A stretch of DNA of 63,912 nucleotides, filler included, from Folioceros fuciformis (taxonomy: Eukaryota), in NCBI GenBank assembly GCA_049999805.1. It is 13 parts of 13 records of this genome, joined end to end, with 100 filler letters (N's around TTAATTAATTAA, not from the genome) between each part and the next. Parts side by side here need not be neighbours in the genome. Positions count along the whole stretch, not along the records: positions 9,749 to 14,996 come from JBNGIO010001644.1; positions 15,097 to 19,638 come from JBNGIO010001645.1; positions 19,739 to 25,558 come from JBNGIO010001646.1; 10 more parts are not named here. One strand, 5' to 3'. The position numbers and the translations under genes were made by a program. Below, one piece after another: positions 9,749-22,514 of this stretch (position 1 is the stretch's first letter; every line of letters starts with the position of its first letter). The notes beneath the pieces were generated by a model that saw only the letters and a list, made by a program, of their open reading frames with translations, was not told the DNA's origin and did no database searches.

Positions 9749-11287
9749 TTTTTTTTTAGAGACCGTATACGGTCCGTATACGTATACCCCTCCTTGTATT
9801 TTATACGGTTTAGATACGTATTTAATACGTACTGATACATATACCCATATTTCTTCTTTTTATTTTCTTAATTTCCCCTTCTCTATTTTCATCCCTATTT
9901 TTCTGGATTTAATTCCAGAAATTCCAATTCAACTCTGTTTCACCTACTTTCTTTTCCTCCTAGTTCGGGGCCTATTCCAGCACCTCGGGGTCAGTCTTCC
10001 ATGGCCAAGGAACCATTTCGGCTGGAAGCTGATCCCGTTGAATAAGCTACCGTTTTCAGGCCAGGTTCCGGCTGCTGATCCCATTGCTTCCCACCTCCTC
10101 TCTATCTTTCCCACTTCTCATACTCCTCCCCTAGAGACTAGCTCAGCCACCAAGGGTGAATAGTTGCAGAGGAAGACTTAGCGGGCGGTCATCCAGCAAG
10201 GAAGAGCCGGCGTCCGCATATCTTTGAAGATCAGACATCCTCCGAAGTCTCAGGATAGTCTAAGAGGTAGTAGATCCTTGTGGTGATAGGGCCAGGAGCT
10301 CATTGGTGGCAGGATGTGCTAGAAGTCTAAATAAGTGGCTGGTGATAGCCGGCTAGGCTAGTGGTCCTATTAAAATAATATTTCTCAAGTTAGAGAGAGG
10401 TGAAGTCAGAGAGAGAGAGAGGCTCCTATAAGATCAGGTGAGCCTGTAGGAGGAGGGAGTCATTCACTTTGGGAGTCAGTCTATCTCTTCGAGAGCTCTT
10501 GGAGGTCCTCTCTTCATGAGCTCTTGTGGTCTGTCCCTGCTTGGTTTAGGACCTGCAGTGTGTTGCCGGCTGTGCAACGTCTGGTAGGATTGGAAGCCGC
10601 GTGTTGCCGGATGTACAGTGTCTGGTAGGATCGCGGGCAGCGTGTTGCCGGTTGTATAGTGTCTGGTAAGATCACAAAGTGTAATGACCAGGATGAAGGG
10701 GCTTGCCCCTAGCTCTTGATTGTAAAGGATGTGTCTTTCTCTCGACCTGTCCACTCTTGTTCCTTGCTTGGACAAGTGCTGTAGGCCGGCCATGTTTCAT
10801 GGTGTCTGGTAAGGTTGTGGGGGGGGGAGATATCCAAGAGGGGAGTGTGTTCCCTTCTTTCTTTTCTTTGGGGTTAGTCTAATGACTCTTGCCGGGTAGG
10901 AGGAGTCAGTAGAGAAGTGTAGAAGATAGTGGTGTCATTGTTAGTTGCTGGTGTTGGTGCTAGAGTGAGAGGGTGAGTGAAGTGAGTGAGGGAAGTCGCA
11001 GATCTAAGAGGTTAGGGTCGTTGTAGTGACTGGAGTGAGTTTGTGGGCACCGAGAGAGGTGCAGCTGACCGCCGGACAGCGAGGCCTGTCCTACGCTTGA
11101 TCGGAGCTGGAGGGGAGCCCTCGAATCCATCATCGAGTCGATCAAGTCCGACCCTCCATCCACAGCAGCAAGGAACCCCATCGCTCCTTCGTGGGAACGA
11201 AACCCAATGTCTCAACGACAGTGGGATAAGTGTGGCCACTAAAGGTGGAACCCATTGGCAATCAGTGCCCGGGGTTTTGCCTCCACA
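9749..11287. repeat. LTR-like interspersed repeat, copy 1 (over 1.5 kb, ends ...GGTTTTGCCTCCACA)
   Basis: Aligns by eye along its length with 39450-40853, and its end aligns with 34790-34876. Internal 41-bp tandem units at about 10559-10680. Confidence 0.8.
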
Positions 11288-11329
11288 GCAACCTTACAGG
11301 TGGATCCGTCGAGGCAGGCGCTGGCCGGA

Positions 11330-12300
11330 TCGCTAGGCAGCCCAGCGGGTTGGCAGGCCAGTCGGCCCTAGGCGAGCAGGTGGCTGGGGAAGGCAGGTAG
11401 GCCTGGGCAGGCCTGGCAGGTTGGATTTAGCCAGCCAGGGGACCGGCCTGGCTGTAGCTGGAGGCGGCCAGGTAGATAGCCCAAACTTTGGGCTAGTAGG
11501 GTCCAGGCGCTAGCTGGCCAGATAGGCAGCCAGAGGCGGCGTTGGATCCACGCCAAGCGGGCCTCGAACTAATCCAAGCTGTGATGGCTGGCAGGTGAGT
11601 CTGAGGCGGATCAAGGCGGCGGTTGGCCGGGAGGGAATCCTGGCTGGGAGATGCCTGCTGGCTGGCAGGTGAATCCAGCAAGCTAGCTAAGGCCGGATCC
11701 GAAAGCCAGGCAGAGGCCTGGCTGCAAGATCCCAAGTAGCGGATGGCGACTAGATCTAGGCAGGCTGGAGGCTGGCTGACCTGACTGGCGGGTTGCGCAG
11801 GACGTTGGGGTGGATCTAGCTAGGAGATCGACAGGTGGCAGGTTGGATCGTGGAGGCTGGCCCCGGTGGAGGCCCCAGTTGGGGGCAGGGTGCTCCGGTG
11901 GGCTTGGGTAGGCCGGAGTGGATCAGGCAAGACGTTCGCTGCTGGAGGCTGGGTCGCCAAGGCAGTCTGGGAGGACTAATTTGGTTGCAGGTGTCAAATC
12001 CGGGAGGCGGGCTAGCTGGGGTGGTTCCCTGCCCGGATCGCCAAGGCAAGCCGTGGCCAGTCCAGTCAGGATCCAGGCCGCGCATCCCAGTAGGCAGCAG
12101 GATCCAGACCAACTGACCAGGCGGGCTGGGTAGCAACTAGTTGGCGAGCAAGTTGGATTGAGGTGGGTTGATCGGCAAGCCAGGCAAGGGGTTGGCAGTT
12201 GGATCCAGGCAGCTAGGCGGCGGGCAAATTGGCCGGAACCAAGCAAGTAGCAGGCATATGGCAGGGGTTTTGTGGGGGTTGTGGAGATCAGGCTAGCCAA
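11330..12300. repeat. GC-rich degenerate low-complexity tract (GGCTGG/GGATC/CTAG motifs)
   Basis: Strongly G-skewed; same motif vocabulary as 16560-19290 on the opposite strand. Confidence 0.6.
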
Positions 12301-12499
12301 GTAGAGGGAGGGTCGATGTGTAGGCGTTGCTTGTGACTAGCAAGGGGAAGCCCAGGGGGGTCTATTCCTTGTGAGCAACCAGCTCGCTGTGGCAAAGGGC
12401 ACAGAGAGGCAGGCAAGCCATGTAATTCCGACCCTAGACAGTACCAAGGAGACACTATATGCCATGATACATGGGGTGTGGCTGGTTGACTTGTGTAGG

Positions 12500-12900
12500 A
12501 GGTTCCCTTGGTGAATGAGAGGCTAGGCCTGTCATTGAGGGGGAGGGTTTTTTTTGGTGAAGAGTGCCCTTGACCTTGTGTGTAGGCTGCTGGGTTAGAG
12601 GAATTAATCCAGTGTGCAGATGCATCTTGGCCTTGATTCCCCATGCCACTAGGGGAACGTGGCGGCTCCCAAAATCGCTGAGGTCTGGGTGGCCAGATCC
12701 GCAGGGCCTGACCTTTCTTGCAGGCTGGTTGGGTGGTTGGGGTACCTTGACGTCCCTAAGGGGTTTCCAAGGTGACGGATTGCAGGGCTGTGAGCCGAGG
12801 AGGCTATCCAGCCTGGGTCTGCACATCCCTGCCTCAAGGACTGCAAGTGAGGGGTTGCTGTGTTCCAAAATCCACGAGTGAGACGTGATGGTGAAGGGGC
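12500..12900 (-). repeat. Diverged repeat shared with 15290-15640 in opposite orientation
   Basis: For example 12645-12730 matches the reverse complement of 15400-15490, and 12790-12875 matches the reverse complement of 15297-15385. Confidence 0.65.
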
Positions 12901-12907
12901 TGAAGAG

Positions 12908-12984
12908 TTGAAGTGGTGGAGCAGAGATTTGAAGTGCTGGAGTAGAGACTTCAAGTGCTGGAGTAGAGACTTGAGGTCTGGAGT
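12908..12984. repeat. 21-bp tandem repeat, about 3.5 units
   Basis: Unit TTGAAGTGCTGGAGTAGAGAC and variants. Confidence 0.85.
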
Positions 12985-13331
12985 TGTTGTGCTGGGGTTG
13001 AAGTTCTCAATCAGCTGCTGAGGTGGCCGGCATTTAGGGCTAAGAGTGGAGGTCGAGGCCAAGGCTAGGGCCTCCTCTCAGCTGCTAAGGCGGCTGATAC
13101 CAGGAGCTGGAAGTGGGAGCTGAGGATGATGCTAAGTGCTCATTCAACTAGGGTTGTGGTTGGTGTTGAAGACAGGGTTCTGATCTTTTTGTTGTAGTGT
13201 GGTTAGGTCTAGGAGCCGACTGATAGATAGGATTAGATTTGGGTAATGTGGGGAAGATTGTGGGGAACCTTGACACTAGTTCACTCCCTTGGGAGCGAAT
13301 CCTAGTGCTATGACGATAATAAGGGGGAAGT

Positions 13332-14996
13332 GTGGCCCTTGGTGGTTTCTTGGGTGCAAGTACCACTCCACAGGTCCATAAGGTGAAAGTCGAATCACCA
13401 TTAGTCCGTTTGAAGGAAGTGGAGAATGTGGAGGTGGAATCCTCAGTGGTCAATAATATGGAGCTAGATTCCTCATTAGTCCATGGCCTAGAAACTAAAT
13501 CCTCAATAGATGTCATGCAAGGGATAGAATCCTCATTGGGGGAAGACTCTACCAATAATCAAATGTCGGCTTCAAAGGTGGGGAGCGGACATTTTGAAGC
13601 CATTCGGGTCGCTAAGTCATCATCGATGCTCCCAGCTTCAGGGAATGATGGAATACTAGATATGCTCTCGGGGTCTAATCCAGGATCCAACACGGTTTTT
13701 GATGAGCTGACGGCATCGACTCCCCGGACGTTTTGTGATAGGTTGGCTCCCGCGAGCTCGATCCAAGGGACAGGCTTTGTCATTTCCACTCAAGCAGTTG
13801 GGGAGGAAGTGGGAAGGGAATCCCCCAAGGTACCTCATGGGCCTCCGTTTCCCGCTTCTCCGCGGGGGAACCTGACATTCCACAACCTGCCGGTTCCGAG
13901 TCATCAGTCTCCCAGGCTTGGGGGTGACCCCGATTTTGTTGGAACCATAGTGCCAGGCGCCGAAACGGCTTCCAGTCCCGCTAGCTTGAAAGTGGTATCA
14001 ACATCTGTGTTGACCACAGGCGCACGGAGGAGCATGGAGGTGGGTGTGGGGAAGAGGACTCGTGTCTCAGACGATCTGCCATTAGGTAATCAGCGTCAGG
14101 ACCAGATAGTTGTGGCCAAGGCAAGGAAGGCGTTGAATAAAGTCGTTCAACGCATGGCCTTGGATATCACCTCCACGGAAGGGAAAAAGCGTAAGGTGCT
14201 AGAAGGGACAAGGCGTGGCAATAGATCTCTCGGGAAAGCTTCTGCTGGTGTGGGGAACGCCCCACTGGCAGTCCACAGGCTCCACAGACTTGGAGCAGGA
14301 CGGGGGTCTGGAATGGGTGGAAGTGGTCCTGTGTGTTTCGGAAAACCCGAGGTGGACTGTACCAGCCCCATAAAATGTGCCAACCCCACCTTGAGAGATA
14401 ATGCAGTGTACGGATCCGAGGAGGACTTATTCTCCACCCCTTGTGCTGAGGACAAGGAGGACGCTAACACTGTCTGGCATGAGGTGCAGGCCATTTTCTC
14501 CGGGGATGAAGGAAGCACCTCTCCGTTAAACTCCCTGGAAAAGGACTTGGTGCGGGCTAAGGTGGCGCAAAAAGGATATTCTCCTTCAGGGGATGAGGTA
14601 TCATATTTGCCAAGTGGTCAGGAGCTCAGGATGCCGGAAGGTACAATAAGGGGGAAAGGGAGACATTTTACGATCAACTTAACGGTTATGAGAACGGTTC
14701 AGGACCTTTATTCTTTTCTGGTGGTGACAGGAGATGGGGGGGAACAGCTACCCCTTAGAATCACACTGCATCAACTGCATGCAGGGTAGGAAATGATTTT
14801 TGACTTCTTGTCTGCCGGAGGGGTTCCTGTAGGCAAGGAGGGTAAGGAAGTGGAATCTTTCAGTGGGATATACCAAAAGTAAGGTCAATTTTTTGCTGAC
14901 ATCCAGCTAAAACAAGTTTATGGTCCCAATATTTCACTTATCCCAAAGTGGAGGTGGTCCCTGGAGGCACCTTGGGCAAATGACAGGTTTTGGGAG
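13332..14996 (+). pseudogene. Long low-complexity ORF, probably TE-derived (possibly LINE ORF1-like), decaying
   Basis: 485-codon open frame that continues to the contig end through two stops (TAG 14787, TAA near 14880), both consistent with C>T changes from Gln codons. 11-aa repeats near the N-terminus. No confident domain. Confidence 0.4.
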
Positions 14997-15711
14997 NNNN
15001 NNNNNNNNNNNNNNNNNNNNNNNNNNNNNNNNNNNNNNNNTTAATTAATTAANNNNNNNNNNNNNNNNNNNNNNNNNNNNNNNNNNNNNNNNNNNNCGAT
15101 GGCCCACTCTCACATCTACCTATCAGCCAGTCTCTAGGCCTGAACGCACTCCAGCAAAAAGGTCAAAATCCTATCTTACCTTCAACTCAACCGATAAATC
15201 TCATGCGCCAACACTTCAATCTTTCAGCCCTTCATGATCCCCACTTCAGTCCATCACTTCTTCACTTCGATCATTCACCCTTCACTTCAACCCACCCCTG
15301 GAATTTAGAACACAACGGCCTCACTTCTCGCAGTCTTCAAGCATGGGTGTGGATACTAGGACTGGATAGCCCTCCTGACTCACGGTCCTGTCACTTCACC
15401 TCCACCAGCCTGCAAAATAGTCAACCATTGCGGATCCAGTCACACAGATCTCGGCAGTCTTGGGATCCACCACGTCCCCCTAATGGCAAGGGGAATGAAG
15501 CCCTTGGTTCAGTCTCAAACTGGCTTAGCATCCTAGGCCGGGAGTCTGCACACGAGGTCAAGGGAGATCACACTGCACACAAGGTCAAGAGAGATCACAC
15601 CGTAGACTACCCCCTCCTCAATGGCCAGTCTGGCCTCTTATACTACCCTAGCCCAGGACCATCTCTGTCTACTAGGGTTAGCCTCAGTCCACTACCCACT
15701 ATCTCTCTCTC

Positions 15712-15851
15712 CGACCTAACCTATCCCTAATTCTGACCTAAGCCGCCCCTAACTTTGACCTAAATCTAACTTTGACCTAAACTTAGCCCTAATTCTGACC
15801 TAACCTTAATCCCGACCTAATCCTAACTTCGACCTAATCCTAACTCCGACC
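15712..15851 (+). repeat. Degenerate CCTAA/GACCTAA tandem array (about 18-bp higher-order unit, telomere-like)
   Basis: Repeated CCTAACTTCGACCTAAT variants. Confidence 0.7.
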
Positions 15852-16559
15852 TGAGAGGGGTTGTGTCCCTTGGACACCATTGGTTGGTTGCCCCTATCAA
15901 TGACCAACCTCTCAAGACTACCAAAAATCGGCCGAAGACTCCCTTCTCCTCCTTCAAATGGATCTCCATACTTCAAGTCCTGTGATCACACCCTCAAAAT
16001 TGACCACTCCTTCTCCCCGCGCCGTGAGTTCACAAGATGGTTTCTTATGACCTTGCTTCCCATGAGCCACATATAGATTGGCAATAGTTAGGCATAGGAA
16101 TGCCCCATTCCCTCAGATTGTTAGGACGACTTGCCATCCTTGCAGAGTCACTTAGCCATCCTCCTTTGTTTCCCCCTTGTCAGCCAGCTATTATCCTATC
16201 AATCTGCTCCACAACCATCAGCCTTCCAGCAGCTCCCCGAACTTCTTCGTCTCATTCAACTCGCAGCAACAGAAGTCCCCCACGCCAGACTTCCCCTAGC
16301 TGGTTCCTCTATTGGAGCCATCTTCACTTGCCAGTGCTTAGCAAAACCGGATTCCAATTCTGGCTCGGACACACGGATGTGAATGGTTCCATTCAGGAGA
16401 GAACAGGCCGACGAGCCTCCATCCCTCCTCCCCGCTACTTAGCACCCCCGATCCTCCCTACAGTCACACCCATTATGAGTCTCTAAGCACCAATCAATTG
16501 GCCACCGAACAGGTCCAACCCCGAATCAGGCGCCTCACTACTAGCCATCAACTCCACCT

Positions 16560-19290
16560 ACTATCCTTTCGCGATCCTACCTGCCTGGATCCGATTCGAT
16601 TGCACCAGCCTGATGTGCGACTGCCTCTCCTCTTGGATCCAGTCAACCCCCGCCTTCATTCACCTGCCAGCCCGGCTACTTCGGCCATGATTCAGCTAGC
16701 CCGCCGCCAACCTGCCTGGCCTGCTTGCCTCAGTCCTGTCCAGGCAGCCAGCTTGCTGGCCTGCCTACTACTTGCTTGCAGCAGGACTAGGTTGCCTGCC
16801 CAGCGGCCTGCCCGGAGCCAGCTGCCCGTCTGGTTGGCTGGGTCCGCCCCCGCCCTGCTGCTGCTTGGCCCTGGCCCAGCCATCCTGCTACGTCCCGATC
16901 TGCCTCTGTAGCTGGCTAGCGGCCGCCTGGCCTGAACCTCACTTGCCAGCCAACACTGCAAGCACGGCCCGGATGAGCCCGAGGCCTGCCTGGCTTGGAT
17001 CCAACGTCGCCCCTAGTTTGCCTGCACCACCAGTCCGAACACAGCGAGCCACCAGCCCTAGCCGGCTGCCCGGCCTTCGAATCCAACCCTGGCCAGCCTG
17101 CTGGGTCCTCTAGCCACCGGCCCTACCTGATCTATTGGTCGCCGCCGGCTCTTATCTCGCTTGGCTGCTGCCCACAGCCGGCCTTTGCAAGCTAGCCGCT
17201 GTTTGGCCCATCAGCCAGGTCGCCTAATTGGCACCAGCTGACCCGCCTCTAGCCTGCCATCCATCCAGATCCGTCCCAGCCAGCCGCCAGGCGGTTGCCT
17301 GATTGCTTGCTGGTGGGCCAGGACTGTTTGCCACCATTCTACCAGCCAGCCCGATCAGTCGGCCTCCCAAATAAGCTAGCCGGCCTCCAGGCTGGCTACT
17401 CCTCTATGCTCCAAGCTGCTAGGCTCCAGCCGTGAGCAACCACAGCCAGCCCTATCCACGCCGCCAGGACTCGGCCCCAATCCGCTCTCGTCAACCCAGC
17501 TAGTCGTTCAGCCAGGCTTCCCGGATTCGCCAACAGCCCGCCTGCTTATCGACCAGCTAGGCTGTCTGCCCGGTCTCTGCTAATCCTCGGCTATCTGTCT
17601 GGCCGCCTCCCCGCTCAGCTGCCTGCACACTGGCCTCAATCAGCCGCAGCCAGCCCGGCTAGGATCAACCTGAGGCTTGCCTGGCTTGGGTCCAGTGCCG
17701 CCCTTGGCTTGGGTCCAGCGCCGCCCTTGGCTTGGGTCCAGCGCCGCCCCTGGCTTGGGTCCAGCGCCGCCCCTGGCTTGGGTGTGCATGTGCTGCCAGC
17801 CTTCTTGCTAACCTCCGGATCCAATCTCGTCTACCAGCAGGCGGAGCACCGGCCTAGCTTCGGGATCCGCCCCCAAGCACCCTGCCGGATCGCCTGCCAT
17901 ACAGGGCTGTCGGACTACCCGCCTGCAGCTTGATCGGTTGGCTGGCCGCTGATGGCTGGCTCAGCCTATGCTACGCGGCTCAAGTCCACGGCCAGCTCCT
18001 GCAAGCCGGGCGGCTTGCTTGCTAGCAGCCCGACGTGGCTAGCCACCATGGGCCGCACACCGGCCTCCCATCTTCAAGGATCTGGCCGGGCAGGCCCCCC
18101 CTCCCAGATCCTTCTTAGCCAGCCACCTGCCGGCTTAGATCCGTTGCCAGGTCGCCTGTCGATATAGCCTCCTAGCTGGCTGGATATGCCAGCCCTTCCT
18201 TTCCCCAGCCTGCTTCATTGCTGCCCTAGCCTGCCATGCCCAGGGTGTCCTGCCAGCCAGGATGTGGCCCACCCTGGTTCTGAGCCTGGCCTGCCCAGCT
18301 GCCTCCAAACGCAACCAACCGGTCAGCCCAACTGGTCATGCAGCCGCTGCCTGGCTTCTCCGTCGTCGGCCCACCGCTGACTGACCACCTCCAGCCAAGC
18401 CCCCTACCTGGCCTGGCTGCTCCCCCGCTTGCCGGCAGCCTGCAAGCTTGGCTGCCTAGCACCCATGACTAGCTAGCCAGCACCTACCAACCAGCAGACC
18501 CGCCCTAACCAGATCGTCTACCAGCCCGACGGTACCCCGGCCTGCTACTGCTGTGGATCCAGCTCCGGTCCCGAGTCGCTTAGGACGCCCACCTACTCGG
18601 CCTGCCTTGCCTGCTGACTGGCCACAGCCCAGATAGTCAGCCTGGATCTCCCCCGGCCACCTGTCGACAGGCGGCAGCCTGATGCCTGCTACTGGGTCGG
18701 CTAGTTGCTGGTTCCCTGCCTTGGTGACCCGCACATCCAGGCCCACCCCAGCCAGCCCAACTAGCTGACTAGCCCGCCTCACGGATCGGCTAGCCAAGCT
18801 AGCTGCAGGCCAGCTGATCCCGCTGCGCTCAAGGCTGCCCACCGGCTCGCTTGGTTCGCAGTAGCTGGTTGCTGGTGATCTAGCCGCCTGCCCACTAGAT
18901 CCCGCCGGGACCTCAGCCTGGCCCCGGCCCGCTAGCGCCATGGCTTGCCCAGGCCGACTGGCCAGAGCCGCTGGCCGACCCCCTGACCCCCATATCCAGC
19001 CAGGGAGCCACCCTGACCGACCTGCTGACAGCCTGTGCAGCCCGTCTGGCCTCTACCGTTGTTGGGCCAATCCGGCTGCTTGCCGGTTGCCCGTGCTACT
19101 GGGGCGCCTGCCTGCCCCAGCCTCCTAGCTAGCCAGTGCAGGCCACCCTACCAACGCTTGACCCGGCCTCCTAGGCCTGCTAGCCAGGCGCCCTTCAACC
19201 CCGATTAGCGACTACCAGGAGCCTACCACCGACCCGCCTGGCTGCTAACCCGGCCACCTGTGCTCTCGTGAGCCTTGTCTAGCCGGTGAA
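16560..19290. repeat. GC-rich degenerate low-complexity tract (CCAGC/GGATCC/CTAG), C-skewed
   Basis: About 2.7 kb of short recurring motifs; only Pro/Ala/Leu-rich shadow ORFs. Confidence 0.6.
17682..17783. repeat. 23-bp tandem repeat, about 4.4 units
   Basis: Unit TGGCTTGGGTCCAGCGCCGCCC(T/C). Confidence 0.9.
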
Positions 19291-19738
19291 CTAGGAGTAA
19301 GGGCCCGTCATCCCCATCCTTACCCAAGAGCCCCGACTCACCCTTCGCACGCACAGTCCTAGGATCCTACACTCATCTAGACACCCTAGCCAAGGAGGCC
19401 CAGACCCGTGACCTACCTGCCACACTTCCCTCTTAGACCCTATCGACTTACCGTTAATCTACCTCTAATCTAACCTAGTCTCCTAACCACTCCTCTACGA
19501 AATTCAATCAGAAACCCAAAAAAAACAAACTTTGCCATTTTCCAGGGGGTTTGTTGGCCATATGGACTCCACACCTTCCCTAGAAAAGGAGGTGAAAGGA
19601 GGTAGAGCCTCACGAGCCTCCAAAGGTAGAGAATCCCTNNNNNNNNNNNNNNNNNNNNNNNNNNNNNNNNNNNNNNNNNNNNTTAATTAATTAANNNNNN
19701 NNNNNNNNNNNNNNNNNNNNNNNNNNNNNNNNNNNNNN

Positions 19739-20110
19739 TGTGTCTGAGTGACCCTAACACTACTATGTGTCCTAGCAAGTCAAGTTAGGTGGCTGTCTCT
19801 TTGTAACTTGTTGTAGTAACTCAATTATAGTTTTTGCTTTATCTAAGTGAAGCTAACACTACTACTATGTTCGACCAAGTCAAGTCATGCTGTAATTTGT
19901 TGTAGTGACTCAATTATAGTTTTTGCTTGTCTGAGTGTCCATGACACAACTACTGTGCCCTAGCAAGTCAAGTTAAGTAACTGTCTCTTTGTAACTTGTT
20001 GTAGTAACTCAATTGTAGTTATTGCTGGGTAACTGTCTCTTTGTAACTTGTTGTAGTAATTCAATTGTAGTTATTGCTGTGTCTGAGGGACCGTGACATT
20101 GTGTTCTGTT
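19739..20110. repeat. Complex tandem repeat with core TGTCTCTTTGTAACTTGTTGTAGTAACTCAATT
   Basis: The core recurs at about 19795, 19890, 19983 and 20035. Confidence 0.8.
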
Positions 20111-20971
20111 GGGTGACGTCTTTATTTTCTACCAGTAATCAAGACTTTAGCAAATAACTTTGATGTTACACCTACTTGCACTACATATGACACAATAGCT
20201 TACTAGTGTGTCTCAACAAGTCAAGATAGATATTGTCCCTTCCTTGTTGTAGTAACTCTTGGCTATTGGATTGTCATACCAAGCTAGGTGACGTCTCTAC
20301 CTTGAACCAACCAAAAGTAACAAATCACTGTGATGATGTTATATCAATTTGCACCATAAATGGTACAATGTGCTGAAGTAGCTTAGGAAGTTTACAAACA
20401 CTCCTTGTAGTAGCTTGTGTGTTGTAGTGATTATATGATGTAACTTTGTTTTGTGTTAAAAGCTTTGACAATGTATCGTGGCTTTGCATTAGTCATGATC
20501 ATTTGTATGCTACTCTGTTGCATGTTGTGTCGTAATAGGCTAACTTAGTATTCAACTTTCTGTTGGTTGGTCATACCTCGTCATGGCTATGGGTTTTAAC
20601 TTAGTTTGTGTCGTATTTTGCAGCCATGTATGTTACAGATGCTGGATTATTCAGCAACTCGTTCTACATCGAAAAATATTGTGCCTAAGCTTGAGGAGGA
20701 GGCATTCCTGTCACCTCCTTAGTTTCTTTGATGAGAAATGAAAGGAGATGCAGCTTGAAGAAGAACCATCAGAGCATTCTTTCCACCTCTATGAAGGCTT
20801 GTGCATAAGTTGTAGGCTATGTTGGAGGACAAAAGGTCATTGTTCAAGCTAATGCTAATATGACTAGGGCTTTTTGTGGGGGACACAAAGATATGGTGAT
20901 TAAGTGACTTGAATCAATTTCCTAGTGCTATATCATATTTTATATGCACCTAAGAAACAAGTACATACTTG

Positions 20972-21217
20972 ACATCCTTCCTCTTCTACAGAGGAGAAAC
21001 GTCCTTCCTCTTCTACAGAGGAGAAACGTCCTTCCTCTTCTACAGAGGAGAAACGTCCTTCCTCTTCTACAAAGGAGAAACGTCCTTCCTCTTCTACAGA
21101 GAAGAAACATCCTTCCTCTTCTATAGAGGAGAAACGTCCTTCCTCTTCTATAGAGGAGAAAGGTCCTTCCTCTTCTACAAAGGAGAAACGTCCTTCCTCT
21201 TCTACAGAGGAGAAACA
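20972..21217. repeat. 27-bp minisatellite, 9 units
   Basis: Unit ACGTCCTTCCTCTTCTACAGAGGAGAA; this produces the 9-aa periodic ORFs in the track. Confidence 0.95.
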
Positions 21218-21339
21218 AGCACGAACTTGGAATTCTCTAGAAGAACCAAGTACAAACTTGGAAGGCATCCAAGGATAGGAATGCATGCAAGGATAATGAG
21301 AAGTGCTTGGAATGCATCCCGTGACAATAAGAAAGTATG

Positions 21340-21775
21340 TATTTGAAATGCTTCAAAAAAAACAAGAATGTACTTGGGATGCTTTAGGGAGAACAAGATT
21401 GTGCCTTGGATGCTTCAAGGGAAAACAAGAATGTAGTTGCGATGCTTCAGGGGAGAACAAGACCATGCCTTGGATGCTTCAAGGGAAAACAAGAATGTCG
21501 TTGCGAAGCTTCAGGGGAGAATAAGACCATGACTGGGATGCTTCAAGGGAAAACAAGTATGTAGTTGCGATGCTTTAGGGGAGAACAAGACCATGACTGG
21601 GATGCTTCAAGGGAGAACAAGTATGTAGTTGCGATGCTTCAGGGGAGAACAAGACTATGCTTTGGATGCTTCAAGGGAAAACAAGACCAAGGCTGAGATG
21701 CTTCAAGGGAAAGCAAGACCAAGCCTGACATGCTTCAAGGGAAAACAAGACCTTGCCTGGATGCTTCAAGGGACA
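21340..21775. repeat. About 30-bp minisatellite with core GATGCTTCAAGGGAAAACAAG and alternating variants
   Basis: Roughly 14 copies of the core separated by short related linkers (ATGTAGTTGC / ACCATGACTGG). Confidence 0.9.
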
Positions 21776-22084
21776 ATAAAATCGCACCTTGGGAAAAAAA
21801 GCAAATATAGAAGTGCAAAAACTCGTACAAGATCTATAGTGGACAATAGAATGAGGAAGTCAATGATCAAATTGATCGTGAGAATCCAATGCATTTTGGG
21901 AGTGTGAGGCTTAAGGGGAGCTGTCGACTATAGTATATACTACAGCCTCCATATTACGTCACTACTGGAGCTATAGTATAATCACAAAGCGTCCAGGTTA
22001 CATCACGGGACCTGGAGCTTTAGTACAATCATAGAGGCACTTGTAAAGCGATGAGCAGGACTTTCAGTGTGGTACAAGAGGAGG

Positions 22085-22470
22085 TCTCATGTGGTGAGCA
22101 AGGTTTTGGGTGTGGTATAGGACAAGAGAAAGCGTCAAGTCATGCGCAGGGCTTTCGGTGTAGTATGGGACAAGAGAATGAACACGGCTTTCGGCATGGT
22201 ATGGGACAAGAGAATGAACAGGGCTTTCGGCGTGATATGGGACAAGAGAATGAGCAGGGGTTTCGGTGTGGTATGGGACAAGAGAAAGCATCATGTTGTG
22301 AACAGGGCTTTCGTTGTGGTATGGGAGAAGAGAAGGCGTCAAGTTGTGAGCAAGGCTTTGAAGAGAAGGCGTTGAGTTGTGAACACGGCTTTTAAAAGGG
22401 GTCGAATTGTGAGCAGGGTTTTGGGTGTAGGGCTTTGGCTTTGGGATAAGATTGGGACAAGAGAAGGTGT
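22085..22470. repeat. 36/48-bp minisatellite (CAGGGCTTTCGGTGTGGTATGGGACAAGAGAA)
   Basis: Periodic GFRCGMGQE translations. Confidence 0.85.
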
Positions 22471-22514
22471 CAGGTGCTGAGCAGCTAGGCTTAAGGCTTT
22501 CGCTATGGGACGAC

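Noticed and set aside
14787-14882. In-frame stops repairable by U-to-C RNA editing (also in 37179-38630)
   Set aside because: Such editing is organellar; C>T decay of methylated nuclear repeats explains the stops.
20933-21346. ORFs with perfect 9-aa repeats in several frames
   Set aside because: By-product of a 27-bp repeat that lacks stop codons.
21340-21775. CRISPR-like pattern of conserved core plus variable linker
   Set aside because: The linkers are about 10 bp and repeat each other, the context is eukaryotic and no cas genes are present. It is a minisatellite.
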